A stretch of DNA of 64,000 nucleotides from Lachnospiraceae bacterium (GCA_017621975.1 JAGARW010000051.1:17-64016); one strand, 5' to 3'. Positions 1 to 9,582 are shown, numbered from the stretch's first letter. Numbers and translations: made by a program. Notes: generated by a model not told the origin, from the sequence alone.

Positions 1-623
1 AGTTCCCACCAGCTCGTATCATCTTCTGCACGATCATGCCTTCCTCCGCTTCGAAGCTGCAGCGTATACGTTCTCTCTTCCTCCCAAAGCTCCGGATACT
101 GCTTCAAAAATTCTGTGATCGCACCCTGCAGATGTCCCTCCTGCACAAGCCGTTTCGTTTCCTCCAATCCTGCATTAAACGCAGCGTCATACTGAACGCT
201 CGTCATGTCGCGGTCATGCCATTCGTCCATTGTTTCCCACTCGCCCTCCGCCAAAAGCTCCGCGCCGTAGACCGGATAACCGAATGCGCGCGTCGCTTCG
301 TGCGGTGCGGAAATCCATATATTATTCAGATGGCACGTAAAGACCTTTTCCTGCGCCTGGCTCCCATCCTCCTGCCTCAGATACTGCTCTTCTTCAAAGG
401 AATCGGCAAGCTCGACCTGCACCTCAGGCTTTGCCTGCGGCGGCGCGGGCGTCAATACTTCCTCCGACCCGATCCTGCCAAAATCCGATTTTTCTTTTTC
501 CGGCTGTCCTGCCGTCCAATATTCCATATCAGGGAAGACTAGCTTCCCAAACGGAATCGCCATAAAGCATAATAATCCCATGAAAAAAAGCAGGCAGGCT
601 GCCCGCATGCCTTTTCTGCTCAT
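1..623 (-). CDS. Hypothetical membrane-anchored/secreted protein (partial, runs off window start)
   Basis: Manual translation gives an open frame from ATG 623 (MSRKGMRAACLLFFMGLLCFMAIPFGK...) to the window edge, with a GAGGTG RBS upstream and a hydrophobic N-terminus. Not in the ORF track. Confidence 0.75.
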   Translation of the reverse strand, partial: MSRKGMRAACLLFFMGLLCFMAIPFGKLVFPDMEYWTAGQPEKEKSDFGRIGSEEVLTPAPPQAKPEVQVELADSFEEEQYLRQEDGSQAQEKVFTCHLNNIWISAPHEATRAFGYPVYGAELLAEGEWETMDEWHDRDMTSVQYDAAFNAGLEETKRLVQEGHLQGAITEFLKQYPELWEEERTYTLQLRSGGRHDRAEDDTSWWE

Positions 624-677
624 TCCGCGCCGCACCTCATTTTCCCTCTATCATAATCCATAAACCATATACAACTT

Positions 678-715
678 GAAGGCGGTATGTTTTTCTGTTA
701 AAACATACCGCCTTC
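678..715. terminator. Perfect 16-bp inverted repeat (terminator-like or processing hairpin)
   Basis: GAAGGCGGTATGTTTT (678-693) pairs with AAAACATACCGCCTTC (700-715). No clear U-tract follows on either strand. Confidence 0.5.
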
Positions 716-988
716 TACTGCATACTATCCAATGGACTGTACCTCCTTAAATTTTCCTCCATCCGTTCTTTCCAATCTTATCTTTTGTACTTTAGTACAG
801 CAGTGAGTTTCTATGTATCTGCACCGGCTTTTTCTCTTGTACTGAAACGAATGCTTTTGTACTTCTTGATCTTTTGTACTTTCCTGACCTTAAGTACCGT
901 TACCTCTTTTGTTTCTTAGCTTAGTTTTTCGGTGGTCCGTACCTCTCTTTCATTAGATTTGATCTATATGAATGTTTTTCTTTGGTAT
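678..988 (-). ncRNA. Candidate ~310-nt ncRNA or long leader with repeated AGUAC motifs
   Basis: Lies between a consensus promoter (995-1022) and the 678-715 hairpin. No substantial ORF. Eight GTAC sites between 739 and 942. Confidence 0.45.
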
Positions 989-994
989 GTCTTT

Positions 995-1022
995 ATTATA
1001 GCATGTATTTTTCTTTTGTCAA
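995..1022 (-). promoter_or_regulatory. Consensus sigma-A promoter with extended -10
   Basis: Minus strand TTGACA (1022-1017), 16-nt spacer, TGcTATAAT (-10 at 1000-995). Confidence 0.8.
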
Positions 1023-1295
1023 CACATTTTTCTAAAAAACTTCAAATTTTTCCAAAATTTTCAAATTGTACAACATTTTTCTGTTTTTGCCTGTCGAAAG
1101 ACCGTATTTTTAGTTTTATTCACCTTCCGCATCTCCCTACAGCCTTCCCCGGCAATGGGAAGTTTTGCTACCTCAAATGATAGAAATTATAATGATCGCG
1201 GAACAAAACCGTCGTATGCTTTAATAACTGTGTCCGTATGCTTTCCGACAAGTAAGAATAATTCAGCTGTCTCCGAATCTCCGTCAGCCAACGAT

Positions 1296-1763
1296 CTATG
1301 ACAGGGTGCAGGGGATCATATCAAAATACCCTGCGTTCTCCTTTTCGCCGCCTTTTCTGCAAGCCTTTCGATAGGCGGAATACGCTTTGTTGTCATTGAC
1401 CAGATATTCCTTTACCGCATTCACCTCCTCTTCGCTCAATACTGCAAATTGAGACTGCATATATGAATTTGTGATTACCATGCGCCTGTCCGCGTTGATC
1501 TTTTCATGACATTTTTCAAAAAAGCCGACGACATAAGCGTCTATATCCGCGCCGTATCCTACGGTAAACCACGGAATTCCCATCCATGATTTATTGTAGC
1601 ATGAAGCGACCTCCGTAATAACAAGCGAAACCGTCCCTTCATAGAACTCCCGCTGAATAATAATGTGGTCGTAAATCCCATCGGGATTTTCCCGCCGGAA
1701 AGCATAAAACTGGCTGTTGCCGCATGTTTTTCCATTTTCCGCGCCTTTCCGGCAGGCTGAAGG
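1296..1763 (-). pseudogene. Probable 5'-truncated gene remnant (hypothetical protein)
   Basis: The frame of the 95-aa ORF stays open upstream to the TAG of the Imm26 gene (...FYAFRRENPDGIYDHIIIQREFYEG...), with no start codon or RBS there. Confidence 0.45.
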
Positions 1764-2849
1764 CTATATTCCCATCTGTTCCAAAACGGCGGTTAGTTCT
1801 CTTGAAAAGCGCGGATTGCGCAGATTCTTACCGCGGTCTGCTCTCCAGAACGGCTCGTTCGTGCCCGCCTCGATACATTCCGCAGCGAGCGTCTGATTGA
1901 CGTTGAGCGACCAGCCGATCCCGTTATTTCTGAAATTCGCAGCAAGCAGATCATGCCCTTCCAACGGAATCTCACGATAATCCTTTCCTCGGCAAAAGCA
2001 GATTTTATTTCTGTCAAGCGCGCTGATCGAACGCCCGTACATAATCGGATAATCCGCATCTTCAGGCACCGGCGCGTTCCCGATAATCTCGTATTCCCCA
2101 TAGAAAAAACGATTGTCCATCATATATGCGGACGGACAGCTTGGGAGCTTCTGCAAATCTTCGATATCTACGCCCGGATTTTCCGTAATGATATGATAAA
2201 TGGAAACGCAGAGTGCCTTTCCCATGAGGATATCCCAGAACTTTCCGCCTTCCTTTACAAATTTTCTCACATCAAATAAAATTCGTCCGTAGCCGTAATG
2301 TCTGCGGTCATATTTAAAGCGAAAAAAATCCCCTTCTTTATATTTACAGCGGCGGCGTTTCGCATGGGCGAACGCCTTTATTTCCTCCAAATCCTCGTCA
2401 GTCGTATCAGCGATCCACCTGTCAAGAAATTCCTGCAGCTCTTTTTGTCCCATGCGGGGAACGCCCGCAAAAGCCGAGGAATAATAGGTCCGCTGCGTCG
2501 TGTAGTTTGCTATGCAAACGCCTCCGTTGTAATCGAAATACGTGCCGTAAGGCGTGCAACGCTGAATATTGACGCCGTTTAAGCGTTTCGGTTTTCCCTT
2601 TTCCGTCAGCGGCGCTATCATCGTGCGGTTATCCTGCGTGCGGAGCGCATACGAGTTTTCGCGGAAGCATCCGTCGTCGTGCATCCAGATGACCTTCCGG
2701 AGAATGTCGCCGTCAAAAAACAGAATATCCTTTCCTGTCGACAGCTCCGGTTTGACGCAATTATTGGGAATTTCAACGCGATCCCAGTCCGGCTCTACCG
2801 GTTCCAGACCGAAATATTTACGCTGCTTATTTGTTAATTCCATTTTCAT
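1764..2849 (-). CDS. Imm26-family (immunity protein 26) domain protein
   Basis: N-terminal ELTNKQRKYFGL. C-terminal KYKEGDFFRFK...YGYGRIL...MMDNRFFYGEYEIIGN pattern typical of Imm26 proteins. Confidence 0.7.
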   Translation of the reverse strand: MKMELTNKQRKYFGLEPVEPDWDRVEIPNNCVKPELSTGKDILFFDGDILRKVIWMHDDGCFRENSYALRTQDNRTMIAPLTEKGKPKRLNGVNIQRCTPYGTYFDYNGGVCIANYTTQRTYYSSAFAGVPRMGQKELQEFLDRWIADTTDEDLEEIKAFAHAKRRRCKYKEGDFFRFKYDRRHYGYGRILFDVRKFVKEGGKFWDILMGKALCVSIYHIITENPGVDIEDLQKLPSCPSAYMMDNRFFYGEYEIIGNAPVPEDADYPIMYGRSISALDRNKICFCRGKDYREIPLEGHDLLAANFRNNGIGWSLNVNQTLAAECIEAGTNEPFWRADRGKNLRNPRFSRELTAVLEQMGI

Positions 2850-2980
2850 CTCCGTTTCCGCGCAGAGCGGGTCTGCGTCAAGTGTAAATTGTGCACGGAC
2901 GCCATATCAGACATGCACCGCATCAGCCAAGCGATGCGTCAGATGCCATCGTCAGCCATGCGGCGCGTCAGACGCCGTCG

Positions 2981-3766
2981 TCAGCCGAGCGCCACGTCGA
3001 GCACCATCATAAGACCGAATCCAAGCGCAAATAAGATCGTCCCCATATTGGAGTGCTCCCCCTCCGACATTTCCGGAACAAGTTCCTCGATTACGACATA
3101 AATCATCGCGCCCGCCGCAAAGCTGAGCAGATACGGCAGCACCGGTACGATCAGAGACGAAAGCAGAATCGTTATAACGGAAGCGGCCGGCTCTACGGCT
3201 CCCGATAAAACGCCGTACAGAAACGACTTCTTTTTGCTGACTCCCTCTGCGTGCAGCGGCATGGAAATGATCGCGCCTTCCGGGAAATTCTGAATCGCGA
3301 TTCCAACCGCAAGCGCAATCGCATTCGTCATGAGAATGCCCTCTCCGCCCATTGCCCATCCTGCATAAACAGCTCCGACAGCCATTCCTTCGGGAATATT
3401 ATGAAGCGCGACCGCAAGCACGAGCATCGTCGTTCTTGCAAGGGAGCTTTTCGGTCCTTCCGCGACCTCGCTGTTCATATGCATATGCGGCGTCGCCATA
3501 TCCAGTACGAGTAAAAACAGCATACCGAGCCAGAAGCCGATAAGCGCCGGAAGGAATGCCAGCCTGCCCATATACTCTGCCTGTTCCATCGCCGGAAGAA
3601 GCAGGCTCCAGATAGAAGCCGCGACCATAACGCCTGCGGCAAAGCCCGTCAGCGCCCGCCGAAGTCCAAGCGACATTTGTTTTTTCATAAAAAACACACA
3701 TGCCGAGCCAGACATTGTTCCTAAAAACGGAATCATAATTCCGCGTAGTATGATAGCATTCATCAT
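2981..3766 (-). CDS. ZIP family metal transporter (ZupT-like)
   Basis: GFAAGVM, LHNIPEGMAVG and IQNFPEG motifs; multiple TM helices. Confidence 0.92.
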   Translation of the reverse strand: MMNAIILRGIMIPFLGTMSGSACVFFMKKQMSLGLRRALTGFAAGVMVAASIWSLLLPAMEQAEYMGRLAFLPALIGFWLGMLFLLVLDMATPHMHMNSEVAEGPKSSLARTTMLVLAVALHNIPEGMAVGAVYAGWAMGGEGILMTNAIALAVGIAIQNFPEGAIISMPLHAEGVSKKKSFLYGVLSGAVEPAASVITILLSSLIVPVLPYLLSFAAGAMIYVVIEELVPEMSEGEHSNMGTILFALGFGLMMVLDVALG

Positions 3767-3800
3767 TTTCTCTTTACCCCTTCTCCCGCCGTAAAGCTTC

Positions 3801-5318
3801 CTATTGCAGTTCTAATTCATGCGTAATCAGATAACGGTCGTCCGCAAGCTGCTCAACATTCAGATTCAAACGACACGATCGCGCGCCGATGCCGCGCATT
3901 GCCTCTACCATATATTCATTTTTATATGCTTCCGACCGGTAAGCGCGGTCCCATTCTTCGAACAGTTCCCTGCCTTCAATGACATTGCTGAACGTATAGC
4001 TTCCGACGCCGTTTTCCATAATTCTGTTATAGCAATCGTCATAATAGGACGGCATATCATGCAGAATCTCGTTTTCCGTAAAGCCCGCATCCGCGCTGCT
4101 CCTTCGTCCGTCCTCAGACAGCGGATCGTCGCTTCTGTATTTCATTCCGCCGCACGGCGGCAGCTTGACCGAAAGCTCTTTTCGGATATGCGTATCGGCA
4201 TAATCGGCGTCTGTCTTGTTAAAATAATCATATGTACCGCCGTCTGAATCATCCCATGTAACGTCCGCATTATAATACTCTCCGTCTAAACAAACGATAT
4301 TCCATGCATGGCTCTCACCCGCATACCCGGTGCAGTAATAGCAGGGAATTCCAAGCCTCTGCAGCAGATACTGAAACGCCCTCGCATATCCCGCGCAGAC
4401 CGTCCTGCCGTTTACAAGCGCGCTGTACGCGCTTTGATTCATTTCCGCGCTCCTGACATACTCGACGCTGCGCACGAGCGCGTCATGCACATATCTCTCT
4501 TTATCATAATCGCTGTCAAGCCCCTGCGCGCCTGACAAAATCGTTTCCGCGGCCTGTTCAAACGCGGCGTTTTCACGTTCGGGATTTTTTGCCGTCCTGT
4601 TGAACGAAAGCGTAATCGCCGCGCACTCGCCGCTTCGTCTGCATTTTGCGCTGTACGCGGTATCGACCCAGAACAATTCCGGATGATCGTTGTACACCGC
4701 AGAAATAACGGGATATAAGGCTTTTGCCGAGACCGGGATCACCGGAGCAAAAGATTGGTTCAGCTTCTGCGCGTTGGCATAAATCTGACGATACAGCTTC
4801 TGCCCGTCCTCATCCAGCATCGCATAATATGGATAATACAGCGGATCGAAAGTAAGTCCTTCGCCCGTATCGCCCACACCCAGCTCGTTTTCCAGTTTCT
4901 CGGCTTCCGGATCATCGATCTCACTGTCTGTGCCCTCGATCTCCTGATAACCGTTTTTGCCTGCAACCTCCTGCGGAATAGAAAGATTCTCTTCATCCGG
5001 CGCTATGTAATCTGCGGTTTGATCTGCCTCTATTTCCGCATCATTCCAAGAATCCGCGTCGCTTTTCCGCACACTCTGCGTATCTTCCGACATATCATCC
5101 TCTTCTGGCTGATTGTCATTTTCGCTTTCCAGACCGTCACTTTGTACAGAAGAGTTGTCGCCTACTTGCGACACATCTGTCATATATCGTTCCGGGTACA
5201 AAGCTCTCGCAATTTTCTCTGTCGTTTCAGGCTTCCATGCGCAAAAAAACAGCAGCGCCATCAGAAACGCCGACAAAAGCAGGAAAATTCCCATAATTGT
5301 TTTTAAAAGTTTCTTCAT
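3801..5318 (-). CDS. Transglutaminase-like domain protein with N-terminal anchor
   Basis: Triad motifs VCAGYARA, HAWN and DVTWDD; N-terminal hydrophobic segment followed by an acidic linker. Confidence 0.88.
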   Translation of the reverse strand: MKKLLKTIMGIFLLLSAFLMALLFFCAWKPETTEKIARALYPERYMTDVSQVGDNSSVQSDGLESENDNQPEEDDMSEDTQSVRKSDADSWNDAEIEADQTADYIAPDEENLSIPQEVAGKNGYQEIEGTDSEIDDPEAEKLENELGVGDTGEGLTFDPLYYPYYAMLDEDGQKLYRQIYANAQKLNQSFAPVIPVSAKALYPVISAVYNDHPELFWVDTAYSAKCRRSGECAAITLSFNRTAKNPERENAAFEQAAETILSGAQGLDSDYDKERYVHDALVRSVEYVRSAEMNQSAYSALVNGRTVCAGYARAFQYLLQRLGIPCYYCTGYAGESHAWNIVCLDGEYYNADVTWDDSDGGTYDYFNKTDADYADTHIRKELSVKLPPCGGMKYRSDDPLSEDGRRSSADAGFTENEILHDMPSYYDDCYNRIMENGVGSYTFSNVIEGRELFEEWDRAYRSEAYKNEYMVEAMRGIGARSCRLNLNVEQLADDRYLITHELELQ

Positions 5319-5369
5319 CCTTTGCTTTCCCTTTTCTTCTATGGCAACAGAATCGAAAATGGAACAGAG

Positions 5370-5891
5370 CTATCCCAGTTCTATCCCATTTTCCGTCGCT
5401 GTAATCTGTATCAGCTTTCTGCCAAGGAAAGGCTTCAGCGTCTCGCAGCGCAGCGTTTCATCCCCGATCCGGTACTGCCCGTCCGTAAAAAGCAGGATCA
5501 GCTTGGATCTGGCATGATAAAATTTCAGATACTGATACAGCGTTTCTATTCTTTTTTCTGTTTTGATTTCCTCATACGTCTCATAAAAGCTGTCGGTCAT
5601 CACAGACAGCATCGGTTTGACCCGATTAGTCAATTCATCGTCGGACAGCCAGTCCGTTACGTTCAGACGTACGTTGCGGAACGTTTCGCTTTTTTGCTTC
5701 AGCGACCGCAAAAGAGCGGAAACGCATTCCTTCGTCCGCTTCCTCGGCAGACTATGATCGAGCACGACCGTCATTTCAAGCACCGGTCCCGTAAAATTGC
5801 CCTTTCTATGCAGAATATACTCTACCTGATTATGAAACTGATGTAACAAAACGGGAGAAATATCCATCGTTTCCTCCATTCCGAAGCACAA
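5370..5891 (-). CDS. Hypothetical protein (possible vWA-like fold)
   Basis: 173-aa ORF directly after spoVAD. VVLDHS and LLFTDG resemble vWA strands. Confidence 0.65.
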   Translation of the reverse strand: MCFGMEETMDISPVLLHQFHNQVEYILHRKGNFTGPVLEMTVVLDHSLPRKRTKECVSALLRSLKQKSETFRNVRLNVTDWLSDDELTNRVKPMLSVMTDSFYETYEEIKTEKRIETLYQYLKFYHARSKLILLFTDGQYRIGDETLRCETLKPFLGRKLIQITATENGIELG

Positions 5892-5894
5892 AGG

Positions 5895-6938
5895 CTACAC
5901 GCTTTCTATAACAACCCCATGTGCGATTCCCGGAACAGTCTTTCCTTCATTGAAACTCGTCTTACTGAGCAGCGCTCCGGTCGGAATAAAAAGCACCCGC
6001 TTCCATTTCTTTTCTTCCAGTTGCTTGAGGATATAGGCTGAAAGCGTCACAGCGGCACAGCCGCAGCCGGAGCCTCCCGCATGGGTATCCTGCGATCCGG
6101 GATCGTATATCTGCATACCGCAGTCCATATGGTTGTCAGAAATATCATACCCTTTTTCCGCCATCAGGTCAATCAGGGCGCGCTGACCGATCGAGCCAAG
6201 GTCGCCTGTAATGATCTTATCATAGTCGGCTGGCTGTCTGCCAAAGTCAATCAAATTCTGGTAAATAACATTGCATGCGGCGGGCGCCATACAGCATCCC
6301 ATATTCATAGAATCCTTCAGACCATAATCTACGATCTTGCCGGTCGTAATCCCTGTGATCGCCGCCCGTACATGCGCCCCGCGTTCTTTTCCAAGTACAA
6401 ACGCAGCGCTTCCCGTGACTGTCCAAGACGCCGAAAGCGGGCGCTGGCTCCCATACTCAAGCGGATTGCGGAATTCCTTTTCTGCGCTCGCAAAATGGCT
6501 GGACGTAACGCAGATGACCGTCTGGGCAAAGCCTCCGTCAACCGCCATCGATCCAAGGCTTAACGACTCTCCGCAGGTGGAGCATGCGCCGTATAAACCG
6601 AACAGCGGAATTTCGTATGTCATAATGCCGAACGAAGTGGCAATGGACTGTCCAAGCAGATCTCCCGCAAACAAATACTGGACCTCCTTGTTTTCCAGTC
6701 CTTCCTTTCCCATTGCCAGATAGACCGCGTCTTTCTGGAGACTGCTCTCCGCCTCTTCCCATGTATTGCAGCCAAACAGATCGTCCTCGCCGACCATATC
6801 AAACAGCGCGCCAAGCGGTCCCTCGCCTTCCTTTTTACCGACAATCGAGGCGCTGGCATTGATGTAAACGGGGTTTTCATAAGCAACGCTTTGTTTTCCC
6901 CTTCGTTTTCCTTCTTGTATCGTCTCCCGTGAAGCCAT
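5895..6938 (-). CDS. spoVAD: Stage V sporulation protein AD
   Basis: GKKEGEGPLG, GLYGACST, SSHFASAEKEFR and GGSGCGC motifs. Confidence 0.96.
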   Translation of the reverse strand: MASRETIQEGKRRGKQSVAYENPVYINASASIVGKKEGEGPLGALFDMVGEDDLFGCNTWEEAESSLQKDAVYLAMGKEGLENKEVQYLFAGDLLGQSIATSFGIMTYEIPLFGLYGACSTCGESLSLGSMAVDGGFAQTVICVTSSHFASAEKEFRNPLEYGSQRPLSASWTVTGSAAFVLGKERGAHVRAAITGITTGKIVDYGLKDSMNMGCCMAPAACNVIYQNLIDFGRQPADYDKIITGDLGSIGQRALIDLMAEKGYDISDNHMDCGMQIYDPGSQDTHAGGSGCGCAAVTLSAYILKQLEEKKWKRVLFIPTGALLSKTSFNEGKTVPGIAHGVVIESV

Positions 6939-7010
6939 CGCTTTTCATCCTTTCCTTTTTTCAGGTAGGATTTCCGCTTCCAGGCGATATTATACGGGCG
7001 GGCGCGCCTG

Positions 7011-7901
7011 CTATTTTATGGTAACGATCCCTTTTTCAAGCATCATTACAGGATAATAAGAGAGCTTCGCTTTCCGCAGCCCTTCCGCGCCGGTATCTTC
7101 TTCCCGGTTAATATATTTGTATCCTGCGCCTTCATGCAGGACAAACTGCTGGTTGATCATCGGATAAGCGCCCTGCACATCCGCATATGCTTTTTCAATA
7201 TGCACGACAAAAACATCGTCGCCTCCCGGCTCTCCAAGCGTGAAAGCAACCACTCTGCCGCCTGCGCGGAGCAGGCCGCCGCGCAGATCGAGTTCTTTGC
7301 GAAGCTTCAGGGCGTTAAGCGTCACGCAGAACTCCGCGTGCTTTTCTTCATCCTCATCGCACCCATTCAGCACGCGCCATTCCTGAGCCATGGCAAGACA
7401 TTCCGGCGTATTCTCATCGGTTATGCTCTCATAGCTCCAGTCAGGATACAATTCCTTAAACTTATTGATGTGATTACGCTTACCGTGCAGCTTTTTCCCG
7501 GACAGCGTAATCAGCTTTTCCGATTCATAGACATAATCCGCCGCGTCCCGATTGTAAGCGATCTGAAATTTGCCCGGATAGACAGCCTCCAGACGCTCAA
7601 ACTGAGCCGGAGAAACAAGATGCATCTTAAAGGTACGCTCCTTTTCCTCAAAATAAGCAAGAAGCGTATCGACCGTTTTTTTCAGATCTCCTTTTCCGAT
7701 CGGGAAACTGACTGAAAAAGTCGCTTCATCAGATAAAAATACAAGCATTCCTTCTATAACCGCATAGCGTATCTCATAGTGCGGCGCCCACAAATAATTA
7801 TTGGCAAAGGTAAATTCACAGTTTCTCGATTTTTCCTGCCGGTAATAGCTCTGAATCAGCTCTTTATCAGACAGGTCTATATTTTTCCACTGAAATTCCA
7901 T
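7011..7901 (-). CDS. DUF2156 / aminoacyl-phosphatidylglycerol synthase C-terminal-like protein
   Basis: DYVY...LSGKKLHGKRNHINKF, HIEKA and INREEDTGAEGLRKAKLSY motifs. Confidence 0.9.
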   Translation of the reverse strand: MEFQWKNIDLSDKELIQSYYRQEKSRNCEFTFANNYLWAPHYEIRYAVIEGMLVFLSDEATFSVSFPIGKGDLKKTVDTLLAYFEEKERTFKMHLVSPAQFERLEAVYPGKFQIAYNRDAADYVYESEKLITLSGKKLHGKRNHINKFKELYPDWSYESITDENTPECLAMAQEWRVLNGCDEDEEKHAEFCVTLNALKLRKELDLRGGLLRAGGRVVAFTLGEPGGDDVFVVHIEKAYADVQGAYPMINQQFVLHEGAGYKYINREEDTGAEGLRKAKLSYYPVMMLEKGIVTIK

Positions 7902-7972
7902 ATATATCCCCTTTTCTTTTGAACGAAAGCTTCCCAGAACATCACCTTAACAGAAATGCCGAAATTTTTCCA

Positions 7973-8329
7973 CTACTTTTTCATTTTAGGATTAAAAATC
8001 AGACTTGCCAAATAGCCGAAAATAAGAGCCGCGCTCGTTCCGACTGCGCCCGCTTTGAAACCGCCCGAAAATAGTCCGAGCAGTCCTTCTTTGTCCACCG
8101 CTTCTTTGACGCCTTTCATAAGCACATTGCCGAACCCAAGCAGCGGCACGCTTGCTCCGGCTCCCGCATATTCCTGAAACGGCTCATACCAGCCGAGCAT
8201 ACTGATAACTGCGCCCAAACAGACAAGCAGTACCATGACCCGCCCCGGCATCATTTTTGTTTTTTCCAGCAGGATCTGAACAAGAGCGCAGATCAGTCCG
8301 CCTACCCAGAAGGCATTGATATAATCCAT
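7973..8329 (-). CDS. spoVAE: Stage V sporulation protein AE
   Basis: AFWVGGLIC, AGAGASVPLLGFG and LIFNPK motifs; GGAGG RBS before ATG 8329. Confidence 0.93.
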   Translation of the reverse strand: MDYINAFWVGGLICALVQILLEKTKMMPGRVMVLLVCLGAVISMLGWYEPFQEYAGAGASVPLLGFGNVLMKGVKEAVDKEGLLGLFSGGFKAGAVGTSAALIFGYLASLIFNPKMKK

Positions 8330-8356
8330 CATTTTCCTCCATTTCACTTTTTGTTT

Positions 8357-8387
8357 TAGTATGAGCCGCTTTTTTGGAAATTATGTG
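8357..8387 (-). promoter_or_regulatory. Sigma-G-type forespore promoter for spoVAE
   Basis: Minus strand cACATA, 18 nt, CATACTA. Confidence 0.6.
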
Positions 8388-8484
8388 ATTTTCAGAGAAA
8401 TGCGTTTACGATAAAAAGGAAGGATTGGAACTGTCGCACGATACGAATCCTTCATACGGCAGCTCCAAAAGGGTATAAATGAAA

Positions 8485-8548
8485 AAGAAAAAAAGATGCC
8501 GAGAAAATCTCCCGGCATCTTTGCCACTGATGTTTGCCACATCTGTTA
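8485..8548 (-). ncRNA. Candidate ~65-nt small RNA
   Basis: Lies just downstream of a perfect promoter (8555-8583). Contains the hairpin GAUGU-GGCAA-ACAUC, a second GUGGCAAA, then an intrinsic terminator (AAAGAUGCCG...CGGCAUCUUU plus U-run). Confidence 0.6.
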
Positions 8549-8554
8549 TAATGA

Positions 8555-8583
8555 ATTATAGGTTTTCATCCATTCTATGTCAA
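8555..8583 (-). promoter_or_regulatory. Consensus sigma-A promoter
   Basis: TTGACA (8583-8578), 17 nt, TATAAT (8560-8555). Confidence 0.8.
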
Positions 8584-8661
8584 TGGATTTCCGGTACTTT
8601 TTTCATCTTTGTACAGCTTTCTTTTCCTTTGTCTGTTTTTCTGCTTTCTTTTGTGCACATT

Positions 8662-9582
8662 TTATAATTTTACATGTTTCTTTTCAGGCAACTGTGCTAA
8701 AATAATCGCAGCAAACACAAGAATACAGCCGCATATCTCTCTCGCATTCAACGCCTGTCCAAGCAGAATCCAGCCCGCAATCAGCGATACGACAGACTCC
8801 AGACTCAAAATCAGGGACGCCACTGTCGGATCCATCCCTTTCTGCCCGATGATCTGCAAAGTATACGCAACGCCGCATGACATAACGCCCGCATACAGAA
8901 CCGGAATCCAGCCGCTTAAAATCGCCTGAAAAGACGGCGTCTCTAGCAGAAACATTCCGATGCCGCAAATAACGCTGCTCGTATAGAACTGGATGCAGGA
9001 AAGCGCTACGCCGTCCGCTTTCGGCGAAAAATAATCGACGACCAGTATATGAACCGAGAAAGCGGCCGCGCATAAAAGGACAAGCACATCTCCCTTTCCG
9101 ATACTGAAAGAGCCTTTGATACACAGCAGATACATCCCGAATACCGCAAGTACTACCGCAAGCCACACAAGGCTTCGTACCTTTTTGTGAAAAAATACGC
9201 CGAGAATCGGCACAATAATAATATACAGCGCAGTAATAAATCCTGCTTTTGCCACTGTCGTATACTGAATTCCAAGCTGCTGCAGAAGACTCGCTATGCT
9301 GAGCGCGCAGCCGCAGCAGATGCCGCCGACAAACATCGTACGCCGCCCGTCTCCGCTCGTCTCGCCGCCTCTTCCGTTTTCTTCCGTTTTTTCAAAATTT
9401 CCATTTTTTTTCTTCCAGAGCAGAACCGGGATAAGCACTGTCCCGCCAAGCAGAAAGCGGACTGCGTTAAACGTAAACGGACCGACGTAATCCATACCGA
9501 CGCTCTGCGCGACAAACGCCACGCCCCAGATCGCCGCCGTCAAAAACAAAAGCAGCGAATTTTTCATCGTATTTGTTTTCAT
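8662..9582 (-). CDS. DMT/EamA family transporter
   Basis: AAIWGVAFVAQ and GVAYTLQIIGQK motifs; about 10 TM segments. Confidence 0.92.
   Translation of the reverse strand: MKTNTMKNSLLLFLTAAIWGVAFVAQSVGMDYVGPFTFNAVRFLLGGTVLIPVLLWKKKNGNFEKTEENGRGGETSGDGRRTMFVGGICCGCALSIASLLQQLGIQYTTVAKAGFITALYIIIVPILGVFFHKKVRSLVWLAVVLAVFGMYLLCIKGSFSIGKGDVLVLLCAAAFSVHILVVDYFSPKADGVALSCIQFYTSSVICGIGMFLLETPSFQAILSGWIPVLYAGVMSCGVAYTLQIIGQKGMDPTVASLILSLESVVSLIAGWILLGQALNAREICGCILVFAAIILAQLPEKKHVKL

Noticed and set aside
36-542. 168-aa plus-strand ORF
   Set aside because: Antisense shadow of the minus-strand gene starting at 623, which has an RBS and a signal-like N-terminus.
739-942. GTAC repeat cluster as a CRISPR array
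   Set aside because: The repeats are at most 11 nt and irregularly spaced, with no cas genes in the window.
2923-2986. Degenerate 29-bp tandem repeat at the ZIP gene stop
   Set aside because: Only two to three imperfect copies, consistent with a local slippage duplication.
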